Source: Myxococcota bacterium
GTDB taxonomy: Bacteria > Myxococcota > Myxococcia > Myxococcales > Myxococcaceae
DNA length: 47,528 nucleotides
Assembly: GCA_049322255.1 (NCBI GenBank)
Contig: JBMORE010000189.1
Span: 1-47,528, forward strand
Direction of reading: 5' to 3'
Shown here: in pieces, positions 10,099 to 20,111 of the stretch
How the letters are laid out: every line of letters starts with the position of its first letter
Numbering within the stretch: the first letter of the stretch is position 1
Notes under the pieces: generated by a model
Databases searched by the model: none
What the model was told of the DNA's origin: nothing
Seen by the model: the letters and a program-made list of their open reading frames with translations, nothing else
Program-made: the position numbers and the translations under genes

Positions 10099-11304
10099 CT
10101 ACCTCGAACAGCCTCGTTTGCGCCTCGTGGGAGCGCTTCGCCGCGTCAACCAGGCGGCAGCGAGCCACAGCGGCAAAAGGCCCGGCGTCGCTCCGAACGA
10201 GCAGCCGCACCCAGGGGTCGCATCAGCAGATCCCGAGCCTCCACCGTCGATGGTCTGCCCACCACCGTCACCTCCTGCATCTGCACCGGATGGTCCAGCT
10301 CCGGCATCGACGTCACCTGAGCCACCGTCCGAATCGCTCGAGCCACCATCAGACTCACCGGGTCCACCGTCGAAACCTCCCAGACCTCCATCCGGCGGCG
10401 GCGTGCTCCCGGGGTAGTAGTTCGGGTCGAATGCGGGCGTCATCTGGAAGTCACGGAAGCGTACGACCAGGGGAGTTGCCAAAATCGAAGAGGTGTTCGT
10501 GGCCGAGGCGAAGCGCCACTGGTTCCGGTAGCCCTGCTGATCTTGCGGCCAGTCACCGACCGACAGGTCCTGCGCCGTCGGGTTGTTGTAGTCGTTGTTG
10601 TTGACCCACAACTTGACGAACGAAGTGCCCGCATTTCCGTGCTTCCAACACCACTGCACATAGACCCACTGTCCAACGGGCACGAGGGCGTAGGCCGCTG
10701 AGTCGCTCGAAGAGATGTTTCTTTCGATGGAGTAGCAGACGTGGGTGGCGTCCGTGCCTTGTCCATTGCATTTATCGTCGACGGTCCAGGCGTCATTGGG
10801 GTTGTACCCGCCTTCCGACCAGTGAAGGATCGGCCGTGCGTCGCCATCCAAGACGCCGGAGTGCCACAGCCAATGCTTCAGGGTGTGGTTGTCGGCTCCG
10901 CCCGGCCCGGCCTGGAGGCCGTTGACGAAATAGACGGTTTCGGCGGCACACATTTCGGCGGGAAACCCGGTTCCTTCGAATCCGCTCCCGCTTTCCGTCC
11001 AGCCTGTCGCGCCCAACTGGATTCCGCTACACCACGTCACCTCGTAGTAGCCGGCTCCGTCCGGCCCTCCGGTCGTCGATCGGCTCCAGTTCCACTCTTT
11101 TCCTGATTGGCTGCACGGCCCCGGGCCGCCCCCGCCGTTGCCTTCCAAGGCATCCTGCGAGCCAGCTGGCGGCCAAGTAAATGTCGGGGGAGCCGCATCG
11201 GTGAACGGCATGCTCATGGGCTCCATCGATAACGCCGGCGAGGCGAGGCTCAGCGCGACCACAAGCCAAGCTTGCCGGCTCATCACCACATGGATCGTTT
11301 TCAT
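10099..11304 (-). CDS. Secreted MYXO-CTERM protein; Trp-rich beta-sandwich (possibly concanavalin/polysaccharide-lyase-like) domain
   Basis: ATG 11304 overlaps the TGA of the upstream gene (ATGA); signal peptide; GQWVYVQWCWK...VKLWVN; DGG/DAG linker; GCGCS + hydrophobic segment + RR tail. The fold call is tentative. Confidence 0.75.
   Translation of the reverse strand: MKTIHVVMSRQAWLVVALSLASPALSMEPMSMPFTDAAPPTFTWPPAGSQDALEGNGGGGPGPCSQSGKEWNWSRSTTGGPDGAGYYEVTWCSGIQLGATGWTESGSGFEGTGFPAEMCAAETVYFVNGLQAGPGGADNHTLKHWLWHSGVLDGDARPILHWSEGGYNPNDAWTVDDKCNGQGTDATHVCYSIERNISSSDSAAYALVPVGQWVYVQWCWKHGNAGTSFVKLWVNNNDYNNPTAQDLSVGDWPQDQQGYRNQWRFASATNTSSILATPLVVRFRDFQMTPAFDPNYYPGSTPPPDGGLGGFDGGPGESDGGSSDSDGGSGDVDAGAGPSGADAGGDGGGQTIDGGGSGSADATPGCGCSFGATPGLLPLWLAAAWLTRRSAPTRRKRGCSR
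10139..10353. repeat. Copy A of the duplicated linker/MYXO-CTERM coding segment
   Basis: 10139-10224 matches 11341-11426 at 76/86 nt; 10307-10353 matches 11470-11516 at 46/47 nt (hand alignment). Confidence 0.9.
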
Positions 11305-13130
11305 GAAATGAACCTCTTGGAACACCTCGTGAGATTGCCTCGCCGCGTCAACCAGGCGGCGGCGAGCCACAGCGGCAACAGGCCCAGCGGTCCCCCAAAC
11401 GAGCAGCCGCACCCAGGTGTTGCATCGGACGGCCCCGAGCCTCCTGCGTCTACACCGGATGATCCAGCGTCGACGTCACCTGCGCCACCGTCCGAATCGC
11501 TCGAGCCACCATCAGAAGCACCTTGACCACCGTCGCTTCCACCTGTGCCCGCATCCGCAGCAGGAACGCCTCCATCCGGAGGCGGCGGGGGCGGCGGGGG
11601 CACCGACCCGTTCGCGAATTCCCACCCCTTCAAGCCCAGATACGTCGTCCGGAAGGTCCCCTGTAGATACCCCGCCGCGTCGGTGATGCCGTCGCCAGGA
11701 GCGCCCTCCACGTTTCCACTCACCACCACGCGGGTCGGCGCCGACGCCAACGGGCAAATGATTCGGCTGCCGGGGACACAGGAACCGGGCGGGTCGTTGG
11801 AGACGATGACGTTGTCGGTGAAGTTGAACGGTCCGCTCGTCGCCCCGACACCAGCCACCAGCACCCGACCGAGAAAGGTATTCCGATAAATGAACGTCGG
11901 CGTGGAGATGACCCCGTCTTGGTTGAAATACCCCGCGGTGGACGAGGCATTGTAGACGCGGTTGTAGAGAAGTTCTGCGTTCTGCATCGTGTGCTGGTTT
12001 CCACCGATGGCATGGTCCGGCACGTTGAATACAGTGTTGTGCCGGACGGTGGCGCGGTCGGTGTTGCCCTTGAGCGCGATTCCTTCGAGAGCGCCCGCCC
12101 CTTCCGAGTCACGCACGTTGGAGACGGTGCAATCCTCGATGAGGAGCTTGTCTTGCGAGTAGATCTTCATCGCTGCTCCCACGTCGAGATTGTCCAAGAC
12201 GCAGTCTTGAATGACGGTTTGCTGCCCCGCGGGGAGGCCGGCGGTGAACCGGAGGAACGAGGAGTTGGAGCCGTTCTCGCCGGGCCCGAGGGTGTTCATG
12301 TGGAGGCGGCGCAGCACTGCCCCCGTGCTCCCAGGGGAGATCTGAATTCCGTAGAACCCCATTCGGGTGAAGGTGAAGCCGTCGAGGTAAAGGTTGTCGA
12401 TGTTGACGTAGAACAAGAGGCTGTGGCCGGTGCTCTTGTCCGCCGGCACGCGCTGAAAGTCGAAGGTGACCGACTCCCCGGGGTACTCGAGCCAGACGAT
12501 GGGTTTGAAATCGCCTCGCCACGGCGAGCGGCCGGAGTAGATGGCGGTCGCGTCTTCGATGTACGAGTCGAGCAAGTACGTCCCGCCGCGGAAGTAGATG
12601 AGCTCGTTCAGATAGGCGCTCAGCCCACCCGTTCCCTGGGTGTTGCCCTGGTAAACGTCACGCAGGCTGCGCCAGGGGTTGTCGATGGTCCCCGTCCCGG
12701 TGCCGCCCAGGAAGGTCGAGACGCTTCCGTTCACCGCATCGACGAAACGAAAGCCGGTGGTGGTCACTGTCACCGTCCAGGAGACGGTCGCGGTGGCGCC
12801 CTCTTGGTCCTGCACCCGCAGCGTCACGCTGTGCGGAGAGCCCGTCGTCGTGGGGTTGGGCCACACCACCTCCCCGGTCGCGGGGTTGACGGTCATTCCG
12901 CTGGGCGCGGTGGTGAGCGAATAGGCGAACGGATAGGCGCCGCCGATGACACCCGCGCGAATGTTGTATTCGATGCCGGGGTACGCCTTGTACGCGCGGT
13001 TGGCGGTCGTGAGGTTGGGCCGGGGGTGAATGATTTCCAGCGGGAAGTTGGCCGCGCTGGCCGTCGCGGCGAACCCAAGTACAGCGACGACGAGGAACCG
13101 GAGATGGGGAAAGCGGCGCGCGTCACTCAT
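11301..13130 (-). CDS. Secreted Ig-like (He_PIG-type) + right-handed beta-helix protein with MYXO-CTERM
   Basis: Signal peptide ...ATASA; YSLTTAPSGMTVNPATGEVVW Ig motif; GTIDNPWRSL..IYFRGGTY; Asn-ladder repeats (RHNTVFN, YNRVYN, YRNTF, TDNVI); poly-Pro; GCGCS tail. Confidence 0.85.
   Translation of the reverse strand: MSDARRFPHLRFLVVAVLGFAATASAANFPLEIIHPRPNLTTANRAYKAYPGIEYNIRAGVIGGAYPFAYSLTTAPSGMTVNPATGEVVWPNPTTTGSPHSVTLRVQDQEGATATVSWTVTVTTTGFRFVDAVNGSVSTFLGGTGTGTIDNPWRSLRDVYQGNTQGTGGLSAYLNELIYFRGGTYLLDSYIEDATAIYSGRSPWRGDFKPIVWLEYPGESVTFDFQRVPADKSTGHSLLFYVNIDNLYLDGFTFTRMGFYGIQISPGSTGAVLRRLHMNTLGPGENGSNSSFLRFTAGLPAGQQTVIQDCVLDNLDVGAAMKIYSQDKLLIEDCTVSNVRDSEGAGALEGIALKGNTDRATVRHNTVFNVPDHAIGGNQHTMQNAELLYNRVYNASSTAGYFNQDGVISTPTFIYRNTFLGRVLVAGVGATSGPFNFTDNVIVSNDPPGSCVPGSRIICPLASAPTRVVVSGNVEGAPGDGITDAAGYLQGTFRTTYLGLKGWEFANGSVPPPPPPPPDGGVPAADAGTGGSDGGQGASDGGSSDSDGGAGDVDAGSSGVDAGGSGPSDATPGCGCSFGGPLGLLPLWLAAAWLTRRGNLTRCSKRFIS
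11341..11516. repeat. Copy B of the duplicated linker/MYXO-CTERM coding segment
   Basis: Matches 10139-10224 and 10307-10353. Confidence 0.9.
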
Positions 13131-13253
13131 CGGGAAAGTCCTCCGGCCGAGGCAACAACAGGTGCGAATTTCAACGGTTTGACACGTTTCTGCGACACCA
13201 GCGTGGGAAACCTTACACGGCCTTTGCTACGGCACTTCGGCGTACTCGAAGCG

Positions 13254-14876
13254 CTAGCTGCGCAGGCCGGGCGCTTCCCGGCCGGTGCGGGCCACGTACT
13301 CGGTGTAGCCGCCGCCGTAGGGAATGGGCCCTTGAGGCGTCAGCTCGAGCACCCGGTTGGACAGCGCGGCGAGGAAGTGCCGGTCGTGCGAGACGAAGAG
13401 CATCGTCCCCTCGAACGGACGCAAAGCGTCGATGAGCATCTGCTTGGTGGCCACATCGAGGTGGTTGGTCGGCTCGTCGAGCACCAGAAAGTTCGGCGGG
13501 TCGTAGAGCATCAGCGCGAGTACCAGGCGCGCCTTTTCTCCACCGGAGAGCACCCGCACCGCCTTCTCGATTTCGTCGCCGGAGAAACCAAAGCAGCCGG
13601 CGAGGCTGCGCAGCGAGCCCACCGAGGCGCGGGGGAAGGCCTCCCCCAGCGTGTCCCAGACGGTCTTGGTGCCGTCGAGGACCTCCATCGAGTGCTGAGC
13701 GAAGTAGCCCAGCTTCACGCTCCCCCCCAAAGTGACTTCACCCGCATCGGGCCCCGTGGCACCGGCCGCCAGCTTGAGCAGGGTCGACTTACCCGCGCCG
13801 TTGATGCCCATCACGCACCAGCGCTCCTGCCGCCGCACCAAGAGCTCGAAGCCGTCGTAGATGACTTTGGCTCCGTAGGCCTTTCTCACGCGGGCGAGCT
13901 TCACCACGTCGTCACCCGAGCGCGGCGCGGGCTTGAACTCGAACATCACCGTCTGTCTTCGCTTGGGCGGCTCGACCTTCTCAATCTTCTCCAGCTTCTT
14001 CACCCGTGATTGCACCTGGGCGGCGTGGCTGGCGCGCGCCTTGAACCGCTCGATGAACGCCAGCTCCTTGGCGAGCATCGCCTGCTGGCGTTCGTAGGCG
14101 GCCTGCGCCTGCTTCTCGTTGAGCGCGCGCTGGGCGTCGTAGAAGTCGTAGTTCCCGGCGTAGGAGGTGAGCTCGCCGCCGTCGATTTCCACGATGCGGG
14201 TGCAGACGCGGTTCATGAACGCGCGGTCGTGCGAAGTCATCAGGAGCGCACCTTCGTACTGTTTGAGAAAGCCCTCCAGCCACAGGAGCGACTCGAGGTC
14301 GAGGTGGTTGGAGGGCTCGTCGAGCAGCATCGCATCGGGCCGCATGAGCAAGATGCGCGCGAGCGCCACCCGCATCTTCCATCCACCGGAGAGCGCGCCG
14401 ACGTCCGCGTCCATCATCTCCTGCGAGAAACCCAGGCCGGCGAGAATTTCCCGCGCGCGGCCCTCCAGCCCGTAGCCGCCCAGCGCGTCATAGCGGGCCT
14501 GCACGTCGCCGAAGCGTTCGATGAGCGCCTCCAGCTCGCCGGCGCGCTCGGGGTCGGCGAGCGCTGCCTCCAGCGACTTGAGCTCTGCCGCCACTTGCGA
14601 CACCGGCCCGGCGCCATCCATCACTTCGGAGATGACGGGTCGGCCCTTCATCTCCCCCACGTCCTGGCGGAAGTAGCCCAGCGTCACCCCGCGATCGATG
14701 GAGACCTGCCCCTCGTCGGGCTGTTCCTCCTTCATGATGTAGCGAAAGAGGGTCGACTTCCCGGCGCCGTTGGGCCCCACCAGGCCTACCTTCTCCCCCC
14801 GGTGAACCGCCGCCGAGGCGCCGATGAAGAGAACCTGCTTTCCGTGCTGGGCACCGATGTTGTCGAGGCGAATCAA
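13254..14876 (-). CDS. ABC-F family ATP-binding cassette protein
   Basis: Two ABC domains (GPNGAGKST/LSGGWKMR/LLDEPSNHLD; GINGAGKST/LSGGEKAR/LDEPTNHLD), linker YAGNYDFY, no TM. Probable TTG start at 14876 (MIRLDNI). Confidence 0.93.
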   Translation of the reverse strand: MIRLDNIGAQHGKQVLFIGASAAVHRGEKVGLVGPNGAGKSTLFRYIMKEEQPDEGQVSIDRGVTLGYFRQDVGEMKGRPVISEVMDGAGPVSQVAAELKSLEAALADPERAGELEALIERFGDVQARYDALGGYGLEGRAREILAGLGFSQEMMDADVGALSGGWKMRVALARILLMRPDAMLLDEPSNHLDLESLLWLEGFLKQYEGALLMTSHDRAFMNRVCTRIVEIDGGELTSYAGNYDFYDAQRALNEKQAQAAYERQQAMLAKELAFIERFKARASHAAQVQSRVKKLEKIEKVEPPKRRQTVMFEFKPAPRSGDDVVKLARVRKAYGAKVIYDGFELLVRRQERWCVMGINGAGKSTLLKLAAGATGPDAGEVTLGGSVKLGYFAQHSMEVLDGTKTVWDTLGEAFPRASVGSLRSLAGCFGFSGDEIEKAVRVLSGGEKARLVLALMLYDPPNFLVLDEPTNHLDVATKQMLIDALRPFEGTMLFVSHDRHFLAALSNRVLELTPQGPIPYGGGYTEYVARTGREAPGLRS

Positions 14877-14927
14877 GTTGACTGTGGTGTCGCACGGAGC
14901 CGGCACTTTTCATAGAGTCCTTGCGCG

Positions 14928-16595
14928 ATGCCCGCCTGCGGCCACTGCGGTCTCGAGCACGCTCCTGGCACCCTCTCCTGCCCCTCCACCGGCGAGCCGA
15001 TGCTGCAGCCCGGCCTCATCGGCACCCGCATCGACCGCTACGAGATGCTGGGGCTTCTGGGCTGCGGCGGCTTTGGCGCCGTCTACCGCGCGCGCCACGT
15101 ACACACCGAGGCGCTGGTGGCGCTGAAGGTGCTGCGGCGCCAGCTCCACGCCGACGCGTCGATGCTCGACCGGCTCTTGCGCGAGGCGAAGGCGGCGGCC
15201 TCGGTGGGGAGCGAGCACATCATTCGCGTCACCGACGCCGGAGTCGTCGAGGGGCAGGCCTTCTTGGCGATGGAGCTCCTCGAAGGCTGGGACTTGAAGG
15301 AGCTCGTCGCTCGTCAGGGCCCGCTGTCCCCGGTGCGCAGTGGGCTCATCCTCCTCCAGGTGCTCGAAGGGCTTTGTGCCGCGCACGAGAAGGGCATCGT
15401 CCACCGCGACATGAAGCCGGCGAACGTCTTTCTCTTACGCAAGACGAACGAGAGCGGCGTGGAGCGCGACTTCATCAAGCTGCTCGACTTCGGCATCAGC
15501 AAGATGCACCAGGAGGGCCCGCTTTCTTCGCTCACCTTGCCGGGCATGGCCATGGGTACGCCCGCGTACATGGCGCCCGAGCAGTTCGGCAGCGCCAAGG
15601 ACGTCGATGCCCGCGCCGACCTCTACTCGGTGGGAGTCATCCTCTATGAGCTTTTCGCCCACCGCCTACCCTTCGATGCCGAGAGCTACGCGGACCTGTT
15701 GGTGAAGGTGCGCACGCAGCCTCCGCCGCCGCTGGCGCAGCTCGCCCCAACGCTGCCCGCCCCGCTGGTTGCGGTGGTGGAGCGCGCCATGGCGCGGGAG
15801 GTGACGGCACGCTTTCAGACGGCCCTCGAGATGGGCGACGCCTTGCGCGTGGCGCTCCAGCTTCCCCAGCGCTCCGCCCAGACCAGTCGACCGCTCTCGT
15901 ACGCAACGCCGTCTCCGTCGCCCCTGTCGGAGGAGTCGATGCTGGGGCGCACCGCGCCTCCCACGCCGAGGCCAGCGACCACCGACTTCTCTGATGCCTC
16001 GCTGCTCGCCCGTACCGCGCCGCCGACGCCCAGACCCGAAGTTGCGCCCGCGCCGGTCATCGAAGCGCTGCCCGTGCCGCCTCCCGACCCTGCGCTCCAC
16101 CAGGTGGCACCACCGCCCATTCAAGCCATCCCGGTACCGGTGGCAGCCTCGCCGACGTCGGCGAGGCCCAAACCGCGTCGGGTGGGAAGGTGGGTCGTCG
16201 CGCTGCTCGTGGGCATCAGCTGCACGAGCTTTCTGATGCATCGCTCCGCTGACTCGCCGCGCGCCGAGACAGCCGCCGAATCAGCGAAGGAGAGCGACCT
16301 CGAGGCTGTGGTCGACCCTCCTCCTCCGGTCGTGGAGCGGGTGAAGAAGCCAGCGAACGAGAAGATTCCCGAGATTTGGCAGCGTCTGCCGGCCGCAGAG
16401 CGCCGCGAGCTCGACAAGGTCTGGCGTGAGGCGTCCACCGCTGAGCGCACGAAGCTCGAAGCGCTGTGGGAGGCTCTTCCTGCGGACGCGCGTCGCGAGC
16501 TGCGCCAGGAGCTCCTCGCCGCGCCTCCCGAAGAACGCCGAGAGCTCCTCCAGGAGCTACGCCAGCTCGACAACGAGCTGCAGAAAGAACTTTAG
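14928..16595 (+). CDS. Membrane Ser/Thr protein kinase (N-terminal Cys/His motif, Pro-rich linker, TM, helical C-terminal tail)
   Basis: [46 protein letters not shown]. Confidence 0.92.
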   Translation: MPACGHCGLEHAPGTLSCPSTGEPMLQPGLIGTRIDRYEMLGLLGCGGFGAVYRARHVHTEALVALKVLRRQLHADASMLDRLLREAKAAASVGSEHIIRVTDAGVVEGQAFLAMELLEGWDLKELVARQGPLSPVRSGLILLQVLEGLCAAHEKGIVHRDMKPANVFLLRKTNESGVERDFIKLLDFGISKMHQEGPLSSLTLPGMAMGTPAYMAPEQFGSAKDVDARADLYSVGVILYELFAHRLPFDAESYADLLVKVRTQPPPPLAQLAPTLPAPLVAVVERAMAREVTARFQTALEMGDALRVALQLPQRSAQTSRPLSYATPSPSPLSEESMLGRTAPPTPRPATTDFSDASLLARTAPPTPRPEVAPAPVIEALPVPPPDPALHQVAPPPIQAIPVPVAASPTSARPKPRRVGRWVVALLVGISCTSFLMHRSADSPRAETAAESAKESDLEAVVDPPPPVVERVKKPANEKIPEIWQRLPAAERRELDKVWREASTAERTKLEALWEALPADARRELRQELLAAPPEERRELLQELRQLDNELQKEL

Positions 16596-16599
16596 CCAA

Positions 16600-18081
16600 T
16601 CAGAGCTGATACTTCGCCTTCAGATAGGCGATGAAATCCTCGTCGGTGAGGCCGTTGCCGCACACGCGCGTCACCAGCTCCTCGGCGTCGTAGCGGAAAC
16701 CCTCCTGATGCACCTTCCTCCGCAGCCAATCGCGTAAGGGAATCAGCTCGCCACGCCCGATGTGGGCTTCGAGCGTTGGCACCTCGCGGCACGCGGCGTT
16801 GAAAAGCATCGCCGAGTAGAGGTTTCCCAACGCGTAGGTGGGGAAGTACCCCAGCTCACCCCAGGCCCAGTGAATGTCCTGCAAGACGCCGGTCAGCTCG
16901 TCGGCGGGGGTGACGCCCAAAAGCTCGCGCATCTTCTCGTTCCAGGCAGCGGAGAGGTCGGCCACGCGCAAGTCGCCGGCCAAGAGCGCCACCTCCAGCT
17001 CGTAGCGCAGCACGATGTGCAGGTTGTAGGTCACCTCGTCGGCTTCGACGCGGATGAACGAGCGCTGTACCCGATTGACGGCGGCGAAGAAGTCGCCCAG
17101 CCCGACCGCGGCCAGCGCCTCGGGAAACTCGCGCTGGAGGAGCGGGTGGTAGTGGCTCCAGAAGGCGCGGCTTCGTCCCACCACGTTCTCCCACAGGCGG
17201 GATTGTGACTCGTGCAACCCCATCGAAGGCGCGGCGGCGAGCGGAGTGCGGTAGTGCTCTTCGGCGAAGCCCTGTTCGTACAACCCGTGGCCGCCCTCGT
17301 GGATGGCACCGAAGATGGCCGGCAGCGGGTTGTTTTCGTCGATGCGAATGGTGAGACGCACATCACGCGGGTGGGTGCCTCCGGTGAAGGGGTGAATGCT
17401 CTTGTCCTGCCGGCCCGCTTCGAGGTCGAAACCCATGTCGGAGAGCAGCTTCAAAGTGAAGCGCCATTGCCGCTCGGCCTCGAAGCGCTTGCCGGCGAAG
17501 ACGTCGCGCGGGGGCGGCCGCTCCTCGGTGAGCGTCTTCACCAGGGGCACCAGCTTCTGCCGCAGCGCCGCCAGCACCGGGGTGAGCCGCTTCACCCGCA
17601 TGCCCGGCTCGTAACCTTCGAGCAGGGCGTCGTACCGCGTCCCCTCGTGGCCGAACGCGTCAGCCTGCGCGCGGCGCAGCTCGAGCAGCTTTTCCAGCGC
17701 CGGTTGAAAGACGCGAAAGTCGTTCTTGGTACGCGCCTCGCGCCAGGCGGACAAACCGTGCGACTGCGCCTTGGCCAGCTCACGCACCAGGGAGGAGGGA
17801 ACCCGCACCGCCCGCTCCCGCTCCCAGGAAAGCCGGCGCACCATCGCCTTCTGGTCGAAGCCGAGCTCGCCGTTCGCGCTCGCTTTCGTCAGCAACTCCC
17901 CCAGAGTCGGGTCCACCAGCCGCTCGTGGTAGATGCCCTGCAGGGTGGCGAGCTGGTTCGCCCGCGCTGGCTCGGCTTTGGGCGGCAGGTAGGTCTCCTG
18001 GTCCCAGGTGGCCAGGCCGATGATGCCGTTCAGGTCGCGCAGCTCGCGCATCCGCTCCAAAAGGCCGTCGAACGCTCGCAT
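16600..18081 (-). CDS. Carboxypeptidase Taq, peptidase M32 family
   Basis: [49 protein letters not shown]. Confidence 0.95.
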   Translation of the reverse strand: MRAFDGLLERMRELRDLNGIIGLATWDQETYLPPKAEPARANQLATLQGIYHERLVDPTLGELLTKASANGELGFDQKAMVRRLSWERERAVRVPSSLVRELAKAQSHGLSAWREARTKNDFRVFQPALEKLLELRRAQADAFGHEGTRYDALLEGYEPGMRVKRLTPVLAALRQKLVPLVKTLTEERPPPRDVFAGKRFEAERQWRFTLKLLSDMGFDLEAGRQDKSIHPFTGGTHPRDVRLTIRIDENNPLPAIFGAIHEGGHGLYEQGFAEEHYRTPLAAAPSMGLHESQSRLWENVVGRSRAFWSHYHPLLQREFPEALAAVGLGDFFAAVNRVQRSFIRVEADEVTYNLHIVLRYELEVALLAGDLRVADLSAAWNEKMRELLGVTPADELTGVLQDIHWAWGELGYFPTYALGNLYSAMLFNAACREVPTLEAHIGRGELIPLRDWLRRKVHQEGFRYDAEELVTRVCGNGLTDEDFIAYLKAKYQL

Positions 18082-18118
18082 CAGGCCGATCTACCGCATC
18101 GGCGCGGGCGCCCAAGGG

Positions 18119-18601
18119 TCAATTCATGATGTCGGTTCCGGCGAGGTAATCCTTCTCTTTGAACACGGAGTGACAACCGTGGCAGGCCGGCACGTTGTCG
18201 CCACTGGGCGCCGCCGCGTCGACCGTTCCGTCGGTCTTTCGCACCTCGTAGAACCAAGTGTCCTTGGCCTTCTTCACCATCACCACCTGGGCCGATGGGT
18301 TTCCTGCCCCATCGTAGGTTTCCTTGATGGCGACGGTGCCCACCGGGACATCGAGGGTGCTGCCTGCCAAGGCTCCCTGGACATTGGCGGAGTACCAGGT
18401 GCGCTGAAGCTTGTGCACATACTTGTTCGCGTCGAGCCCAAAGTTGTCCACTGGCTTGCTCATCTGGGTAAAGAAGAGCGTGCTGCTCTTGAAATCCGCC
18501 CGGTATTCCGCAGGGCTGGCCTGCGAGGGGTCAGGGGTCGAGCCGCCACCGCACGCCGCCAACGATAAAAGAACACATCCGATCAAAAGTCTCATCTTCA
18601 C
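18119..18601 (-). CDS. Lipoprotein c-type cytochrome, cytochrome P460/c'-beta-like
   Basis: Lipobox LAAC; PVGTVAIKE, VVMVK and WFY beta-sheet motifs; single C-terminal CHGCH followed by KDY. Confidence 0.7.
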   Translation of the reverse strand: MKMRLLIGCVLLSLAACGGGSTPDPSQASPAEYRADFKSSTLFFTQMSKPVDNFGLDANKYVHKLQRTWYSANVQGALAGSTLDVPVGTVAIKETYDGAGNPSAQVVMVKKAKDTWFYEVRKTDGTVDAAAPSGDNVPACHGCHSVFKEKDYLAGTDIMN

Positions 18602-18671
18602 ACCTCCGGTTGGGTTGGACAGGTACCCAGTACGCGCTCCTTTCGTCCGTGGTTACAGTGCGCCCACGCTC

Positions 18672-19214
18672 ATGGCCAACCTGCTTCGCTTGTTCTTGGC
18701 ACCCGACGACGAGGTGGCGTTTTTTCGCTTCCTCGAGCGCTTCCGCCTGGAGGTCTACCCCCGCCGGGTGCCGCCGGATTGGAAGCCGTTCGCCGCCACC
18801 GCCGAGGCGGTGCCTCGTTTGCCGGAAGAGGAGGTCTATCTGGCGGCGAGCGACATCGCTCCGGTGCTGGTGGATCGAGTCAAGCGCGGGCCGGACAAAG
18901 GATTCTGGCGGGTCGATGAGGTGCGCTCTCCGGTCATTTTCTACGAGCGCTCCCGCATGAACGAGGACGGCGAGCTGCTCTCGGGCAAGTTGTGGGCCGA
19001 GCTGGACATCACCCAGCAGACCGGCCGCCGCGATCCGGCTCCCGAGCGCTTTCGGCGTCTGTACCTCGAGGTGGAGGAGTGGCTGAAGAAAACCTTCCGC
19101 AAGGGCGACCCCAAGGTCTTCCTCATCGGGCCTAAAGCGGCGCGGCTGGCGAGCGAGGGCCTGGTCTTGCGCGATTCGGAGCACCGAGGGGGAACGGTGG
19201 GGGTGCACCGGTAG
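18672..19214 (+). CDS. Hypothetical cytoplasmic protein
   Basis: ATG 18672 (MANLLRLFL); strong GC3 bias; first gene of a co-oriented run. Confidence 0.75.
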   Translation: MANLLRLFLAPDDEVAFFRFLERFRLEVYPRRVPPDWKPFAATAEAVPRLPEEEVYLAASDIAPVLVDRVKRGPDKGFWRVDEVRSPVIFYERSRMNEDGELLSGKLWAELDITQQTGRRDPAPERFRRLYLEVEEWLKKTFRKGDPKVFLIGPKAARLASEGLVLRDSEHRGGTVGVHR

Positions 19215-19268
19215 ATCGAAGCGCCGCTCCGCGCGTTTTGGCATGCTCGAGACCTTCAGGGAGGCCCC

Positions 19269-19856
19269 ATGTCCTGGCTCGACACGCTGGAGCGTATCCG
19301 CACCAAGGATTTCAAAAAGCTCTCCGCCAAGGAGCGCGAGAAGGCGGCGCGCGACGTCATCAACATGAGCGCATACGCCTGCGCGGTGGTGGCGGTGTCG
19401 CCGGTACCCTTCTCCGACGCGCTCTTGATGCTCCCCATCCAGTCGGCGATGGCGGTGACGGTGGCGCACGTGTACGGGCGGAGACTCAGCCAGGCGGCGG
19501 CGAAGGACTTGCTGGTCGAGCTGGGCACGGTGGCCGGCGCCAGCTTCCTCGCGCGGCAAGGCATCAAGGCCATCCTCCCGGTCTTCGGCGCCTTGCTCAC
19601 CGTGCCGGCGGCCTTCGCCGCCAACTGGGCGATCGGCCGGATGGCCATCGAGTACTTCAAGCGCCCCGACGCCACCCGGGAGTACCTGGGCCAGGTCTAC
19701 GCCGAGGCCAAGCGGGAAGCGGGCTCGCTCTTCTCACGCGAGTCGTTCCACGAATTCCGGAAGAAGAACGAAGACGAGCTGCGCGGGATGGCCGAAGAAG
19801 AGCCGGCGCCGAAACGGAAGAAGAAGCGAGCGGTGAAGAAGACCGCGGCGGCGTAG
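19269..19856 (+). CDS. DUF697 (YcjF-like) domain protein
   Basis: GGAGG SD; SPVPFSD..L.PIQ..M...A.VYG motif. Confidence 0.8.
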   Translation: MSWLDTLERIRTKDFKKLSAKEREKAARDVINMSAYACAVVAVSPVPFSDALLMLPIQSAMAVTVAHVYGRRLSQAAAKDLLVELGTVAGASFLARQGIKAILPVFGALLTVPAAFAANWAIGRMAIEYFKRPDATREYLGQVYAEAKREAGSLFSRESFHEFRKKNEDELRGMAEEEPAPKRKKKRAVKKTAAA

Positions 19857-19905
19857 GGGCCCCTGGGTGGCACCGGGCGCTGCCTTCCCTTAGATTGTCT
19901 ACCGC

Positions 19906-20109
19906 ATGAAGTTCCCTCTCTTCTTCGCGCGGGAGCGCTCCGAGGCAGCCGCCAGCGAGCGACGCAACCACGCCGAGAAGTTGCTCGCCGAGTCGCTGCG
20001 GCTTTTGGGCCAGGTGTGCCAAAAGCTCGCCGACGCGGTCGACGCACAGCGCCTGTCGCGCAGCGGCTACGAAAAGCAGGACAAGTACCTCGAGCGCGTC
20101 GACGAGTAG
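19906..20109 (+). CDS. Small hypothetical helical protein
   Basis: 67 aa, GC3-biased, stop 2 nt before the next ATG. Confidence 0.6.
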   Translation: MKFPLFFARERSEAAASERRNHAEKLLAESLRLLGQVCQKLADAVDAQRLSRSGYEKQDKYLERVDE

Positions 20110-20111
20110 CC

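Noticed and set aside
10089..16599. Another direct-repeat-flanked insertion between the O-methyltransferase and M32 genes
   Set aside because: The region looks accessory, but I found no flanking duplication by eye.
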